Below are positions 18,879-27,405 of a DNA stretch of 64,000 nucleotides, one piece after another (position 1 is the first letter of the stretch; every line of letters starts with the position of its first letter). The stretch lies in the NCBI GenBank assembly GCA_025965155.1, contig JAOPXN010000129.1, positions 3,211 to 67,210 on the forward strand. The letters run 5' to 3'. Below the pieces are notes generated by a model. The model was not told where the DNA came from, did not search any database, and saw only the letters and a list, made by a program, of their open reading frames with translations. The stretch comes from Propionibacteriaceae bacterium. Its GTDB lineage: Bacteria; Actinomycetota; Actinomycetes; Propionibacteriales; Propionibacteriaceae. The position numbers and the translations under genes are program-made.

Positions 18879-19484
18879 ATGGCTCGCTATACCGGTCCCA
18901 TGACCAAGAAGTCCCGTCGGCTGGGTGTTGACCTGGTCGGTGGCGACAAGGCGTTCGAGCGCCGTCCCTACCCGCCCGGCGTCCACGGCAAGGGCCGTAC
19001 CAAGGACTCCGAGTACTCCCTCCAGCTGCGGGAGAAGCAGAAGGCTCGCTTCTCCTACGGCGTGATGGAGAAGCAGTTCGCCCGGTACTACAAGGAAGCC
19101 AACCGGATCCAGGGCAAGACAGGTGACAACCTGTTGCAGATCCTGGAGTCCCGGCTGGACAACGTGGTTTACCGTGCAGGACTGGCCCGCACCCGTCGGC
19201 AGGCCCGGCAGTTCGTCGTGCACGGTCACTTCCTGGTCAACGGCCAGCGGGTGAACATCCCCTCCTACCGGGTCAGCGCTCACGATGTCGTCGACATGGC
19301 GGAGAAGGTGCGTGAGTTCACCCCGCACATCATCAACCGGGAGACCCACGGGGAACGTGACGTGCCGGCCTGGCTGCAGGTGCTGCCGGACCGTGGCCGT
19401 ATCTTCGTCCACCAGCTGCCGACCCGTCAGCAGATCGTGATCGACGTTCAGGAACAGCTGATCGTCGAGCTCTACTCGAAGTAA
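18879..19484 (+). CDS. rpsD: 30S ribosomal protein S4
   Basis: [19 protein letters not shown]...[44 protein letters not shown] contains the S4 domain. Confidence 0.97.
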   Translation: MARYTGPMTKKSRRLGVDLVGGDKAFERRPYPPGVHGKGRTKDSEYSLQLREKQKARFSYGVMEKQFARYYKEANRIQGKTGDNLLQILESRLDNVVYRAGLARTRRQARQFVVHGHFLVNGQRVNIPSYRVSAHDVVDMAEKVREFTPHIINRETHGERDVPAWLQVLPDRGRIFVHQLPTRQQIVIDVQEQLIVELYSK

Positions 19485-19493
19485 CACCCTGCG

Positions 19494-19519
19494 AGTGGGC
19501 CCGCTCCGGCGGGCCCACT
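19494..19519 (+). terminator. Perfect 11-bp GC hairpin between rpsD and rpoA (internal attenuator or terminator candidate)
   Basis: AGTGGGCCCGC-TCCG-GCGGGCCCACT starts 10 nt after the rpsD stop. It can be extended by GCG/(G)CTCGC. No U-tract follows. Confidence 0.5.
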
Positions 19520-19596
19520 GCTCGCCTCCCCGACCAGATGTCGGGGCGGTTCACGTCGTCAAATAGAGGTCGACGTGGGAAGGAAGAAGGAACACC

Positions 19597-20622
19597 ATGC
19601 TTATCGCACAACGCCCCACACTGGCCGAAGAGGTTGTCTCGGAGAACCGTTCGCGGTTCGTCATCGAGCCGCTGGAGCCGGGTTTCGGCTACACCCTCGG
19701 CAACTCGCTGCGTCGCACGCTGCTGTCGTCCATCCCGGGCGCAGCGGTGACCAGCATCAAGGTCGACGGCAACCTGCACGAGTTCTCCACCATCCCCGGT
19801 GTCGTGGAGGACGTGACCGAGATCATCTTGAACCTCAAGTCGCTGGTCGTCTCCTCCGAGGAGGACGAGCCGGTCACCATGTACCTGCGCAAGGCGGGCG
19901 CCGGCGCCGTCACCGCCGCGGACATTGCTCCGCCGGCCGGTGTCGAGGTCCACAACTCCGACCTGCACATCGCCACCCTGAACGACTCGGGCAAGCTGGA
20001 GATGGAACTGGTGGTCGAGCGCGGCCGCGGCTACGTCTCCGCAGTCCAGAACAAGACTGCTGACGCCGAGATCGGCCGGATCCCGGTCGACTCGATCTAC
20101 TCTCCGGTCCTCAAGGTCACCTACAAGGTCGAGGCCACCCGGGTCGAGCAGCGTACGGACTTCGACAAGCTGATCATCGACGTCGAGACGAAGGCCGCCA
20201 TCCGGCCGCGGGACGCTGTCGCCTCCGCGGGCCGGACTCTGGTCGAGCTCTTCGGCCTGGCTCGCGAGCTGAACGTCGAGGCCGAGGGCATCGAGATCGG
20301 CCCGTCGCCGATCGACGAGCAGCTCGCCGCCGACCTCGCTCTGCCGGTGGAGGACCTGAACCTCACGGTACGGTCCTACAACTGCCTGAAGCGCGAAGGC
20401 ATCCACACCGTGAGCGAGCTGGTGTCCCGTAGCGAGCAGGACCTGCTGGACATCCGCAACTTCGGCTCCAAGTCCATTGACGAGGTCAAGCTGAAGCTGC
20501 ACGAGATGGGCCTCTCGCTCAAGGACAGCGCACCTGGTTTCGACCCGCTGACGGCCATTGGTCGCTACGACGATCTCGAAGAGGACGAAGAGGTCGACTT
20601 CAGCGAGACCGAGCAGTACTGA
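19597..20622 (+). CDS. rpoA: DNA-directed RNA polymerase alpha subunit
   Basis: [38 protein letters not shown] sits in the N-terminal part. The C-terminal domain reads [23 protein letters not shown]. Confidence 0.98.
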   Translation: MLIAQRPTLAEEVVSENRSRFVIEPLEPGFGYTLGNSLRRTLLSSIPGAAVTSIKVDGNLHEFSTIPGVVEDVTEIILNLKSLVVSSEEDEPVTMYLRKAGAGAVTAADIAPPAGVEVHNSDLHIATLNDSGKLEMELVVERGRGYVSAVQNKTADAEIGRIPVDSIYSPVLKVTYKVEATRVEQRTDFDKLIIDVETKAAIRPRDAVASAGRTLVELFGLARELNVEAEGIEIGPSPIDEQLAADLALPVEDLNLTVRSYNCLKREGIHTVSELVSRSEQDLLDIRNFGSKSIDEVKLKLHEMGLSLKDSAPGFDPLTAIGRYDDLEEDEEVDFSETEQY

Positions 20623-20669
20623 TCAATCGGCTCAGCCTTGAGTTGAACTAACAACCTGGAGAACTAGAA

Positions 20670-21374
20670 ATGCCAACACCCACCAAGGGCAATCGTCTCG
20701 GCGGCAGCCCGTCTCACGAGCGGATTATTCTGGCCAACCTGGCCACGCAGCTCTTCGAGCACGGTCGCATCACCACCACCGAGGCCAAGGCCAAGCGGCT
20801 GCGCCCGCTGGCGGAGAAGCTGATCACCAAGGCCAAGCGCGGTGACCTCCACTCGCGTCGTCAGGTCCTGGCCACGGTCAAGGACAAGGGCGTCGTGCAC
20901 GTGCTGTTCACCGAGATCGCTCCGACGTTCGACGGTCGCGACGGTGGATACCTCCGTATCACCAAGGTCGGCCCTCGCAAGGGTGACAACGCGCCGATGG
21001 CAGTGATCGAGCTGGTGACTGAGTCGATCGCGGACAGCAAATCGGCCAACTCCTCGGCCAGCGCCGCGAAGAAGGCTCCGGCCCAGCAGGCCGCTGCCCC
21101 GGTGGCTGTGACCCCGGTCGAGGAGTCTCCTGAGCAGGTCTCCCCGTACGAGGAGTCCCCCGCCGAGCTGCCCGCCGAGGAGCTGGTGGGTGACGCAGCC
21201 GAAGAGCAGGCGACGCCGTCGGAAGATGTTCCAAGTGACGACGTCGAGTCCGAGGAAGCTGCTTCCGACGTGACCGCCGAGGACGCTGACCCGGAGTCCG
21301 AGGCTGCCCCTGAGTCCGACGCTGCCCCTGAGTCCGACGCTGCACCGCAGGCGGGCGACGACAGCAAGGCCTGA
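20670..21374 (+). CDS. rplQ: 50S ribosomal protein L17 with roughly 115-aa acidic Ala/Glu/Pro-rich C-terminal extension
   Basis: [46 protein letters not shown]...[25 protein letters not shown] is the L17 core, followed by a low-complexity tail. Confidence 0.96.
   Translation: MPTPTKGNRLGGSPSHERIILANLATQLFEHGRITTTEAKAKRLRPLAEKLITKAKRGDLHSRRQVLATVKDKGVVHVLFTEIAPTFDGRDGGYLRITKVGPRKGDNAPMAVIELVTESIADSKSANSSASAAKKAPAQQAAAPVAVTPVEESPEQVSPYEESPAELPAEELVGDAAEEQATPSEDVPSDDVESEEAASDVTAEDADPESEAAPESDAAPESDAAPQAGDDSKA
21294..21347 (+). repeat. Three tandem 18-nt units inside the rplQ tail
   Basis: GAGTCCGAGGCTGCCCCT, GAGTCCGACGCTGCCCCT and GAGTCCGACGCTGCACCG encode [18 protein letters not shown]. Confidence 0.85.
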
Positions 21375-21390
21375 TCTCCAGGATCGACAT

Positions 21391-21430
21391 GCGCACATGG
21401 CGCTCACCTTCGGGTGAGCGCCATGTGCGC
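21391..21430. terminator. Intrinsic terminator after rplQ (end of the alpha operon), between convergent genes
   Basis: A perfect 18-bp stem GCGCACATGGCGCTCACC / GGTGAGCGCCATGTGCGC with a TTCG loop is followed by GTTTGTGG. Confidence 0.75.
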
Positions 21431-21526
21431 GTTTGTGGCCCGAAACTCAGGTCCGCCAGCCGCCGGCGGCCTGGGTGGGCAGACCGCCGGCGGTGCTTAG
21501 GGCTGGAGCGGGACCGTAGTCGATGG

Positions 21527-22465
21527 TTATCGGTCGCACCCACCATCCTTCTCTGGGCGCGAGTACGGCCGGGCGAGGTCTTCGAGCCCCTTGTAGGCGT
21601 AGGGGTCCTCGCCTGCCACCATGACGATGTCGCGGTAGTCCGCGACCGCCATGTGCTCGTCGCTCCGCGGCGGACGCCAGGGCAGCAACGACTCCGCGCT
21701 CATGTAGTGGTTGGCCAGGGCGCGTCGGTACCCGTGCTGGCCGGAGTTCTCCAGCGAGCGGTGCAGCAGGTACCCGTTGAAGATGAGCGCGGTGCCGGCG
21801 GGAATCTCGACCGGGACCGAGTCCTCGTCGGAGTAGGGGAAGTCGAATGCCTCGGTGGTGCAGTCGAAGCGGGGGTCGTTCTGCTCCCGAGCGGGGTAGA
21901 TGACTCCGCGCTTGTGCGAGCCCGGCAACACCCACAAGCAGCCGTTCTCAACGGTGGCGTCGTCCAGGGCGATCCAGACGGCGGTCAGCGACCGGTCCCG
22001 GGTCGGGATGAAGAACTCGTCCTGATGCCAGGCCTGCCCAGGCTTGCCCTCGGACTTGATGAACAGCATCGACTGCATCGCCTTGACGTTGGGCCCGATC
22101 ACACTGACCAGGGCCTCCACGATCCGGGGGTGGGACAGCGCCTTCTTGGCCGCGGCTGACACCTTGTGCGGGTAGTGGATACACAGGAACCGCCGCAACA
22201 CGTCCTCATCCGACTCAGCCTCCGGCGCCGCGGTGCCGTCCTGGTCCTGGTCTTGGTCCCACCAGCCGTACCGGATCTCACCGAGGTCGCCCCGACAAAG
22301 CCGAAGCGCCTCTGCGTTGATCTCGGCCACCTCCTCAGCGCTGAGTGCATTCCGTAGCAGTGCGAAGCCGTGCTCGTGGAAGTAGTCGGTCATCGCGGGA
22401 CTGGCGTGGTCGAACAGCGCGAGGCCGGTGTCGGCGGCGGCGCGGTTCGGCAGTACGGAGGTCAT
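21527..22465 (-). CDS. Phytanoyl-CoA dioxygenase (PhyH) family Fe(II)/2-oxoglutarate oxygenase
   Basis: YFHEHGFALLRNALSAEEV is present, with WHQDEFF (HxD facial triad) and a distal His in LLHRSLEN. The start is placed at MTSVLPN (22465) within the longer ORF. Confidence 0.8.
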   Translation of the reverse strand: MTSVLPNRAAADTGLALFDHASPAMTDYFHEHGFALLRNALSAEEVAEINAEALRLCRGDLGEIRYGWWDQDQDQDGTAAPEAESDEDVLRRFLCIHYPHKVSAAAKKALSHPRIVEALVSVIGPNVKAMQSMLFIKSEGKPGQAWHQDEFFIPTRDRSLTAVWIALDDATVENGCLWVLPGSHKRGVIYPAREQNDPRFDCTTEAFDFPYSDEDSVPVEIPAGTALIFNGYLLHRSLENSGQHGYRRALANHYMSAESLLPWRPPRSDEHMAVADYRDIVMVAGEDPYAYKGLEDLARPYSRPEKDGGCDR

Positions 22466-22558
22466 CAGGAGTGCAGCCTTTCGGTGTCGGTGTCCGTTCA
22501 ATCTGCCAGAGCGACGGAAGTGTTCCAATGTCGCGTACGCACCAATTACTATCTAAAA

Positions 22559-23449
22559 GTGACATTGAAGTCGGCCGTGACGCGAACTGGAACGCTCGTT
22601 CAGGTGGCGGACTATCCGGCCGGCGCGGCGTTCGGTCCGCGCAACGTGAATAACTATGAGTTCATCTGGCTGCTCCGCGGATCGGCGAACTGGCGAGTGG
22701 AGCCGACGCCGGGCCGTTCGGTGGCAGGGGCCGGCATGGATCACACCCTGAGGCCGGGCACACTGGCGCTGGCTCATGCCGACACTGTCGATTCCTACCA
22801 ATGGGATAGCCGCCGCGCTTCCTCTCATGCGTACGTGCATTTCGACATCGAGGACCCCGAGGTGCTCGGGCCACCGGCGCAATGGCCCGTCACCAGGGAC
22901 CTGTCCAGGCTGCCGGTGCTGGCCGGGTTGTGCGACTACCTGCTTCAGCTGGCCGGTGAGCAGGGGGGACTGGCGCGACGTCGGAGCGACCAGCTGATAG
23001 CGATCCTGCTGGACCTGTTTGTCCGCGGTCCGCTGGAGCCGCAGGCCCAGATGCCGCCGGTGGTGGAGCGGATTGTCGACTATGTCCGGACCAGCTGGGA
23101 CATCGCTGGCCCGCGCATCCTGAACGTGGAGGAGCTGGCTGGGGCAGCCAGCGTGTCGCCCGGCCATCTGTTCCGAGTGTTCCGGGAGCAGTACGGCTGC
23201 GGCCCGGCGCGGGCGTTCGAGCTGATGCGGCTGGCCCGAGCCGCCATTGCCCTGCAGCGGAGCAACGCCTCGCTGTCGGAGATAGCGGAGCTGAACGGCT
23301 TCGCCAACGCGTACCACCTCTCACGGCGGTTCGCCGCGACCTACGGTTCGCCCCCGGGGCGGTACCGGGCCTCCGGTGCGGGTGAGGATCCACTTCTCCC
23401 GGTACGCGAGCACGGCCTGCTTCCGCTGAGTCTCTCCCTGACCCGGTGA
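22559..23449 (+). CDS. AraC-family transcriptional regulator
   Basis: The C-terminal double HTH reads LAGAASVSPGHLFRVFREQYGCGPARAFELMRLARAA...IAELNGFANAYHLSRRFAATYGSPPGRYR. The start is uncertain (in-frame GTG at 22559 or 22577). It is divergent from the PhyH gene. Confidence 0.8.
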   Translation: MTLKSAVTRTGTLVQVADYPAGAAFGPRNVNNYEFIWLLRGSANWRVEPTPGRSVAGAGMDHTLRPGTLALAHADTVDSYQWDSRRASSHAYVHFDIEDPEVLGPPAQWPVTRDLSRLPVLAGLCDYLLQLAGEQGGLARRRSDQLIAILLDLFVRGPLEPQAQMPPVVERIVDYVRTSWDIAGPRILNVEELAGAASVSPGHLFRVFREQYGCGPARAFELMRLARAAIALQRSNASLSEIAELNGFANAYHLSRRFAATYGSPPGRYRASGAGEDPLLPVREHGLLPLSLSLTR

Positions 23450-23490
23450 ACGCGCCACGTCCCGGCATCAGGACGGCCGCACGAAGAGAA

Positions 23491-23517
23491 GGGCTGAGCG
23501 ACAACGTCGCTCAGCCC
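23491..23517. terminator. 12-bp GC hairpin between convergent AraC and ABC ATPase genes
   Basis: GGGCTGAGCGAC-AAC-GTCGCTCAGCCC was read directly. Confidence 0.55.
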
Positions 23518-23552
23518 CTCTGGCGGTAGCGCTGGCCTCCCACCGAGCGCCG

Positions 23553-24317
23553 CTACGACGCCTGGTGCAGCTTGGGAACGTCGCTCAGCAGCCGCTGGGT
23601 GTACTCGTGCTGAGGGTTGAAGATGACGTCGTCGGTCGATCCCTGCTCGACCATCAGCCCGTTCTCCATCACCAGCACCCGGTCCGCCACGTAACACGCC
23701 TGGCCGATGTCGTGGGTGATGAAGAGCACCGTCATCCCAAGCTCGTCCCGCAGATCGGTGAGCACGTTCAAGATGTTGACCCGCAGCGACGCGTCCAACA
23801 TCGAGGTCGCCTCATCCGCCACCAGCAGCTTGGGCCGCAGCATCAGGGCCCGAGCGATCATGATCCGCTGCCGTTGGCCGCCGGACAGCTGGTGCGGGTA
23901 GCGGTCGAGGACGTCCGGGCCAGTCAGGCCGACATACTGCAGGGACTCCTCGAGCCGCTCCCTGCCGACATCGGCATGAAGCAGCCGCAACGACCGGTGG
24001 AGCAGCCGCCGCACCGTGAAGAACTGGTTGAAGGAGGAGAACGGATCCTGGAACACAGCCTGCACGTCCCGCCAGTAGGCGGCGCGATCCTTCAGGTGGG
24101 TGACGTCCTGGCCCTGGAACGTCATCTGCCCAGAGGTGATCGGCAACAGCCCGAGCACCATCCGGGCCAACGTCGACTTGCCTGACCCGCTCTCACCGAC
24201 GATGGTGACGACTTCCCGCTCCTGCAACGAGAACGAGACCTGCTTGACCGCTTCCACGACGTGCTTGCCGTGGCCAAAGGTCTTGGTCAGCTCCTTGGCC
24301 GCGAAAATTTCGCTCAT
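23553..24317 (-). CDS. ABC importer ATP-binding protein, Opp/Dpp family (OppF-like)
   Basis: Walker A GESGSGKST, signature LSGGQRQR and Walker B LLVADE are present. The ATG at 24317 overlaps the upstream gene's stop (ATGA). Confidence 0.9.
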   Translation of the reverse strand: MSEIFAAKELTKTFGHGKHVVEAVKQVSFSLQEREVVTIVGESGSGKSTLARMVLGLLPITSGQMTFQGQDVTHLKDRAAYWRDVQAVFQDPFSSFNQFFTVRRLLHRSLRLLHADVGRERLEESLQYVGLTGPDVLDRYPHQLSGGQRQRIMIARALMLRPKLLVADEATSMLDASLRVNILNVLTDLRDELGMTVLFITHDIGQACYVADRVLVMENGLMVEQGSTDDVIFNPQHEYTQRLLSDVPKLHQAS

Positions 24318-25414
24318 GCCGGCACCTCGCTCGGTTCGTCGTCGGGTCGCGACGTCGTGTCGTCGTCGTCCTCCACCACCGTGTCGGTCTCGCTCAGGCT
24401 GGACGCGGTGACTGCCTTCAGCGGCACCGACTGCCCAGGGTTCTTCAGCGCCCAGAAGCACTTGGAGAACCGGAGCTGATCACCGACGTGCGGCGGCTCC
24501 TCCGTGTGGCACTCGTCCATCACCAGTCCGCAGCGCGGGTGGAAACGGCAGCCCGACGGCGGGTGTGCCAGGTTCGGCGGAGCGCCGGGGATGCCGTACA
24601 CCCGCATCTTGCGGTACGCCGGCTCGGGCACCAGCACCGAGCTCAACAAGGCCGCCGAGTACGGGTGCCGTGGGGCAGTGGTGAGCTCCTCGGCGTCACC
24701 GACCTCGACGATCTTGCCGGCATACATCACCGCGATCCGGTTGGACACAGTCCGCAGCACCGGCAGGTCGTGAGTGATGAAGATGACCCCGGACATGATC
24801 TTCTGCTCCAGCATCTGCAGCAGCATGTCGATCAGCGCCTTCTGCGACGTGACGTCCAGCGCCGACGTCGGTTCGTCAGCAATCAGCAGCCGTGGGTTCA
24901 GCAGCGTGGAGATGATCGTGACGGTCCGCTGCTTCATGCCGCCGGAGAGCTGGTGCGGGTAGGCATCCAGTACCCGGGTCGGCAGGTCCAGGCTGGCCAG
25001 CCGGTCCCGTGCCCGGTCCAGCGCCTCGTCCTTCGTGACCGACCGGTTGTGCGCCCGCATCACGTCCACTACGAGGTCGCGGACCCGCATCGTCGGGCTG
25101 ATCGAGTTCATCGCCCCCTGCGGCAGCAAGGAGACCACCGAACCCCGCCAGGTACGGGGAATCTTGCTGGACCCGTCCAAGGCCTGAGTCTGCCCGTCGA
25201 TCTCCAGCGAACCAGAGTCCACGTAGAGCGGCGGGCGAGCGGTCAGCGACAGGATCGCACCCAGCGTGGACTTGCCGGAGCCGGACTCGCCGGCGATGCC
25301 CAGCACCTCGCCCTCGTCGATGTGCACGCTGACGCCATCGACCGCCGTCACCTCGCGGCCATCCGGCGTGTGGTAGGAGGCCCGGAGATGTTCGGCGTTA
25401 ACCAGTCTGCTCAT
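24314..25414 (-). CDS. ABC importer ATP-binding protein, Opp/Dpp family (OppD-like) with acidic C-terminal tail
   Basis: GESGSGKST, LSGGMKQR and LLIADEPTSALD are present. The oligopeptide-type C-terminal motif is PPSGCRFHPRC. Confidence 0.9.
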   Translation of the reverse strand: MSRLVNAEHLRASYHTPDGREVTAVDGVSVHIDEGEVLGIAGESGSGKSTLGAILSLTARPPLYVDSGSLEIDGQTQALDGSSKIPRTWRGSVVSLLPQGAMNSISPTMRVRDLVVDVMRAHNRSVTKDEALDRARDRLASLDLPTRVLDAYPHQLSGGMKQRTVTIISTLLNPRLLIADEPTSALDVTSQKALIDMLLQMLEQKIMSGVIFITHDLPVLRTVSNRIAVMYAGKIVEVGDAEELTTAPRHPYSAALLSSVLVPEPAYRKMRVYGIPGAPPNLAHPPSGCRFHPRCGLVMDECHTEEPPHVGDQLRFSKCFWALKNPGQSVPLKAVTASSLSETDTVVEDDDDTTSRPDDEPSEVPA

Positions 25415-26373
25415 GAGTCCGCTCCACGGGAGACGCCGATCGGGGGCTGGACAAGGGTTGATCCGCCGATGGCTGTTGGTGACACTTCCTCGATCTCCTC
25501 AGGAGTACGTGGGGACGGGGGCTTGCGCCGCTTCACTGCCTTACCGCGGCGCAGGCGTGGGTTGAACACCTCATCCATGCTCGACTGCAGCAGCAGCAAC
25601 GAGAAGGCGAGCACGGTCAGCATGATCGTGGGTGGCAGGAAGGCCCACCACGCCCCGGTCCGGACCGAGCCCCAGGCGATAGCCCAGTAGAGCATCGTGC
25701 CGAGGCTGACGGCGTTGGACGGGCCGAGACCCAGCAGGCTCAGCGCCGCCTCGGCCAGGATCGCACCAGAGACCTGCAGGACAAACGCCATCACCACGTA
25801 CGACAACAGGTAGGGCAGCAGGTCCCAGGCGAGGATCGACCAGAACCGTGCTCCCGACAGCCTGGCCACATCTAGATGTTCACGGGTGCGCACGCTTGTC
25901 GCCTGGGCGCGGACGGCCCGGGCCATCCATGGCCAGGCCGTCACGCCGATCACGGCCCCGAGCGGGACGATCGCCCGGCTGTCCAAGGCGATGGACAGCA
26001 AGATGATGATGACGATGCCGGGGATGGCGAGCGCGATGTTCGTCGCGCCCATCAAGATCTCGTCGACGACGCCGCCCTTGTATCCGGCCACAATGCCGAT
26101 CGCCAGGCCGATAACGGAGGCGATGGTGCCCGCCAGCAGGCCGACGATCAAGGAGGTACGGGTGCCGTACACCAGGTTGGCCAGAACGCTCTGACCCTCG
26201 TTGTCGGTGCCCAGCAGCAGCGGTCCGAACCCGCTGGGTGGGTCGTACAGCCCACCGACGACGGCGTCCGGGCTGGTCTTGATGATCAGCGGTCCAACGA
26301 AGCCGATCAGCACGGTTGCCAGCACGAGTGAGAAAGAAATCCAGAATCGCGTGGTGAAGTTCATGCTTTTCAT
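25411..26373 (-). CDS. ABC importer permease (OppC/DppC-like)
   Basis: Multi-TM protein with a binding-protein-dependent transport motif region (ARLSGARFWSILAWDLLPY). It overlaps neighbouring genes by 1-4 nt. Confidence 0.88.
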   Translation of the reverse strand: MKSMNFTTRFWISFSLVLATVLIGFVGPLIIKTSPDAVVGGLYDPPSGFGPLLLGTDNEGQSVLANLVYGTRTSLIVGLLAGTIASVIGLAIGIVAGYKGGVVDEILMGATNIALAIPGIVIIILLSIALDSRAIVPLGAVIGVTAWPWMARAVRAQATSVRTREHLDVARLSGARFWSILAWDLLPYLLSYVVMAFVLQVSGAILAEAALSLLGLGPSNAVSLGTMLYWAIAWGSVRTGAWWAFLPPTIMLTVLAFSLLLLQSSMDEVFNPRLRRGKAVKRRKPPSPRTPEEIEEVSPTAIGGSTLVQPPIGVSRGADS

Positions 26374-27383
26374 CAGCGGTCTCCGCTCTGTGAGGCACGA
26401 ATGCGCGGATCGATGATTCCGTAGAGGATCTCCATCAGGAAGTTCGCGCCCAGCACGGCCAAGGTGATGAAGAGGGTGATGGCCTGGATGACCGGGTAGT
26501 CCACCTGACTGATGGCGTTGAACAGCAGCGTACCGATGCCGGGGTAGGAGAAGACCAGCTCGGTGATCAAGGCGCCCGCGATCATGCCCGAGATGGAGAG
26601 GGCCAGACCGGTGATCTGCGGCAGCATCGCGTTACGGAAGATGTAGCGGACGATCTTGCTGTCGCGCAGACCGAGCCCACGCCCGTAGTTGACGTAGTCC
26701 GAGCCATTCTCGTAGATGGCCATCGACCGCATGCCGACCGCCTGGCCGCCCAAGAAGATCAACACGATGGACCAGAACGGGAGCCAGAAGTAGGTAATGG
26801 CATCCCCGAAGAACTCCAGCGACAGCTCCGGGCTGAGCCCGAACGAGTACGCGCCGCCGATCGGAAGGATCTGCAGCTTGACCCCGACGATGTACAACAG
26901 CAGGATCGCCAGGCAGTAGGGAGGCATGCTGGACAAGAACAGCGAGGGCAGAAACGCACCACGGTCAAACCAGCCGCCCTTGAATGCCGCAATGGCACCC
27001 AGGATGTTGCCGAGCACCCATCCGACCAGGATGGCTGGGAGCTGGATGGCGATGCTCCAGGGCAGCGCCGCGGCGACCAGCGTGTTCACCGAGGCGGGGA
27101 ACTGAGCAAATGACGTGCCCAGGTCCCCTTGAGCCAGCTGCCCGAGGTAGACGAGGAACTGCTCCCACAGCGGCTTGTCGAGACCGAACTCACGCATGTA
27201 GTTCTCGTGAATGGCCTTGAGCTGATCACCACCCGTCCCGCCACCCCGGGAAAGCTGGCTGACGATAGCGTCAACCGGGTTTCCCGGGATGAGGCGGGGG
27301 AGGATGAAGTTCAGCAACAGCGCGATGATCAGCGCTGCCAAATACCACAGAGCCTTGCGGCCCAGGTAGCGTGCGAAGTTCAT
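26373..27383 (-). CDS. ABC importer permease (OppB/DppB-like)
   Basis: LGRKALWYLAALIIALLLNFILPRLIPGNPVD is the typical OppB N-terminus. The EAA-like region reads YVNYGRGLGLRDSKIVRYIFRNAMLP. Confidence 0.88.
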   Translation of the reverse strand: MNFARYLGRKALWYLAALIIALLLNFILPRLIPGNPVDAIVSQLSRGGGTGGDQLKAIHENYMREFGLDKPLWEQFLVYLGQLAQGDLGTSFAQFPASVNTLVAAALPWSIAIQLPAILVGWVLGNILGAIAAFKGGWFDRGAFLPSLFLSSMPPYCLAILLLYIVGVKLQILPIGGAYSFGLSPELSLEFFGDAITYFWLPFWSIVLIFLGGQAVGMRSMAIYENGSDYVNYGRGLGLRDSKIVRYIFRNAMLPQITGLALSISGMIAGALITELVFSYPGIGTLLFNAISQVDYPVIQAITLFITLAVLGANFLMEILYGIIDPRIRASQSGDR

Positions 27384-27405
27384 GGTGGGTGTCGAGATCG
27401 AGTGT

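Noticed and set aside
19333-20502. 389-aa minus-strand ORF over rpoA
   Set aside because: It is antisense to rpoA, has no recognisable motifs and shows the same GC-artefact composition.
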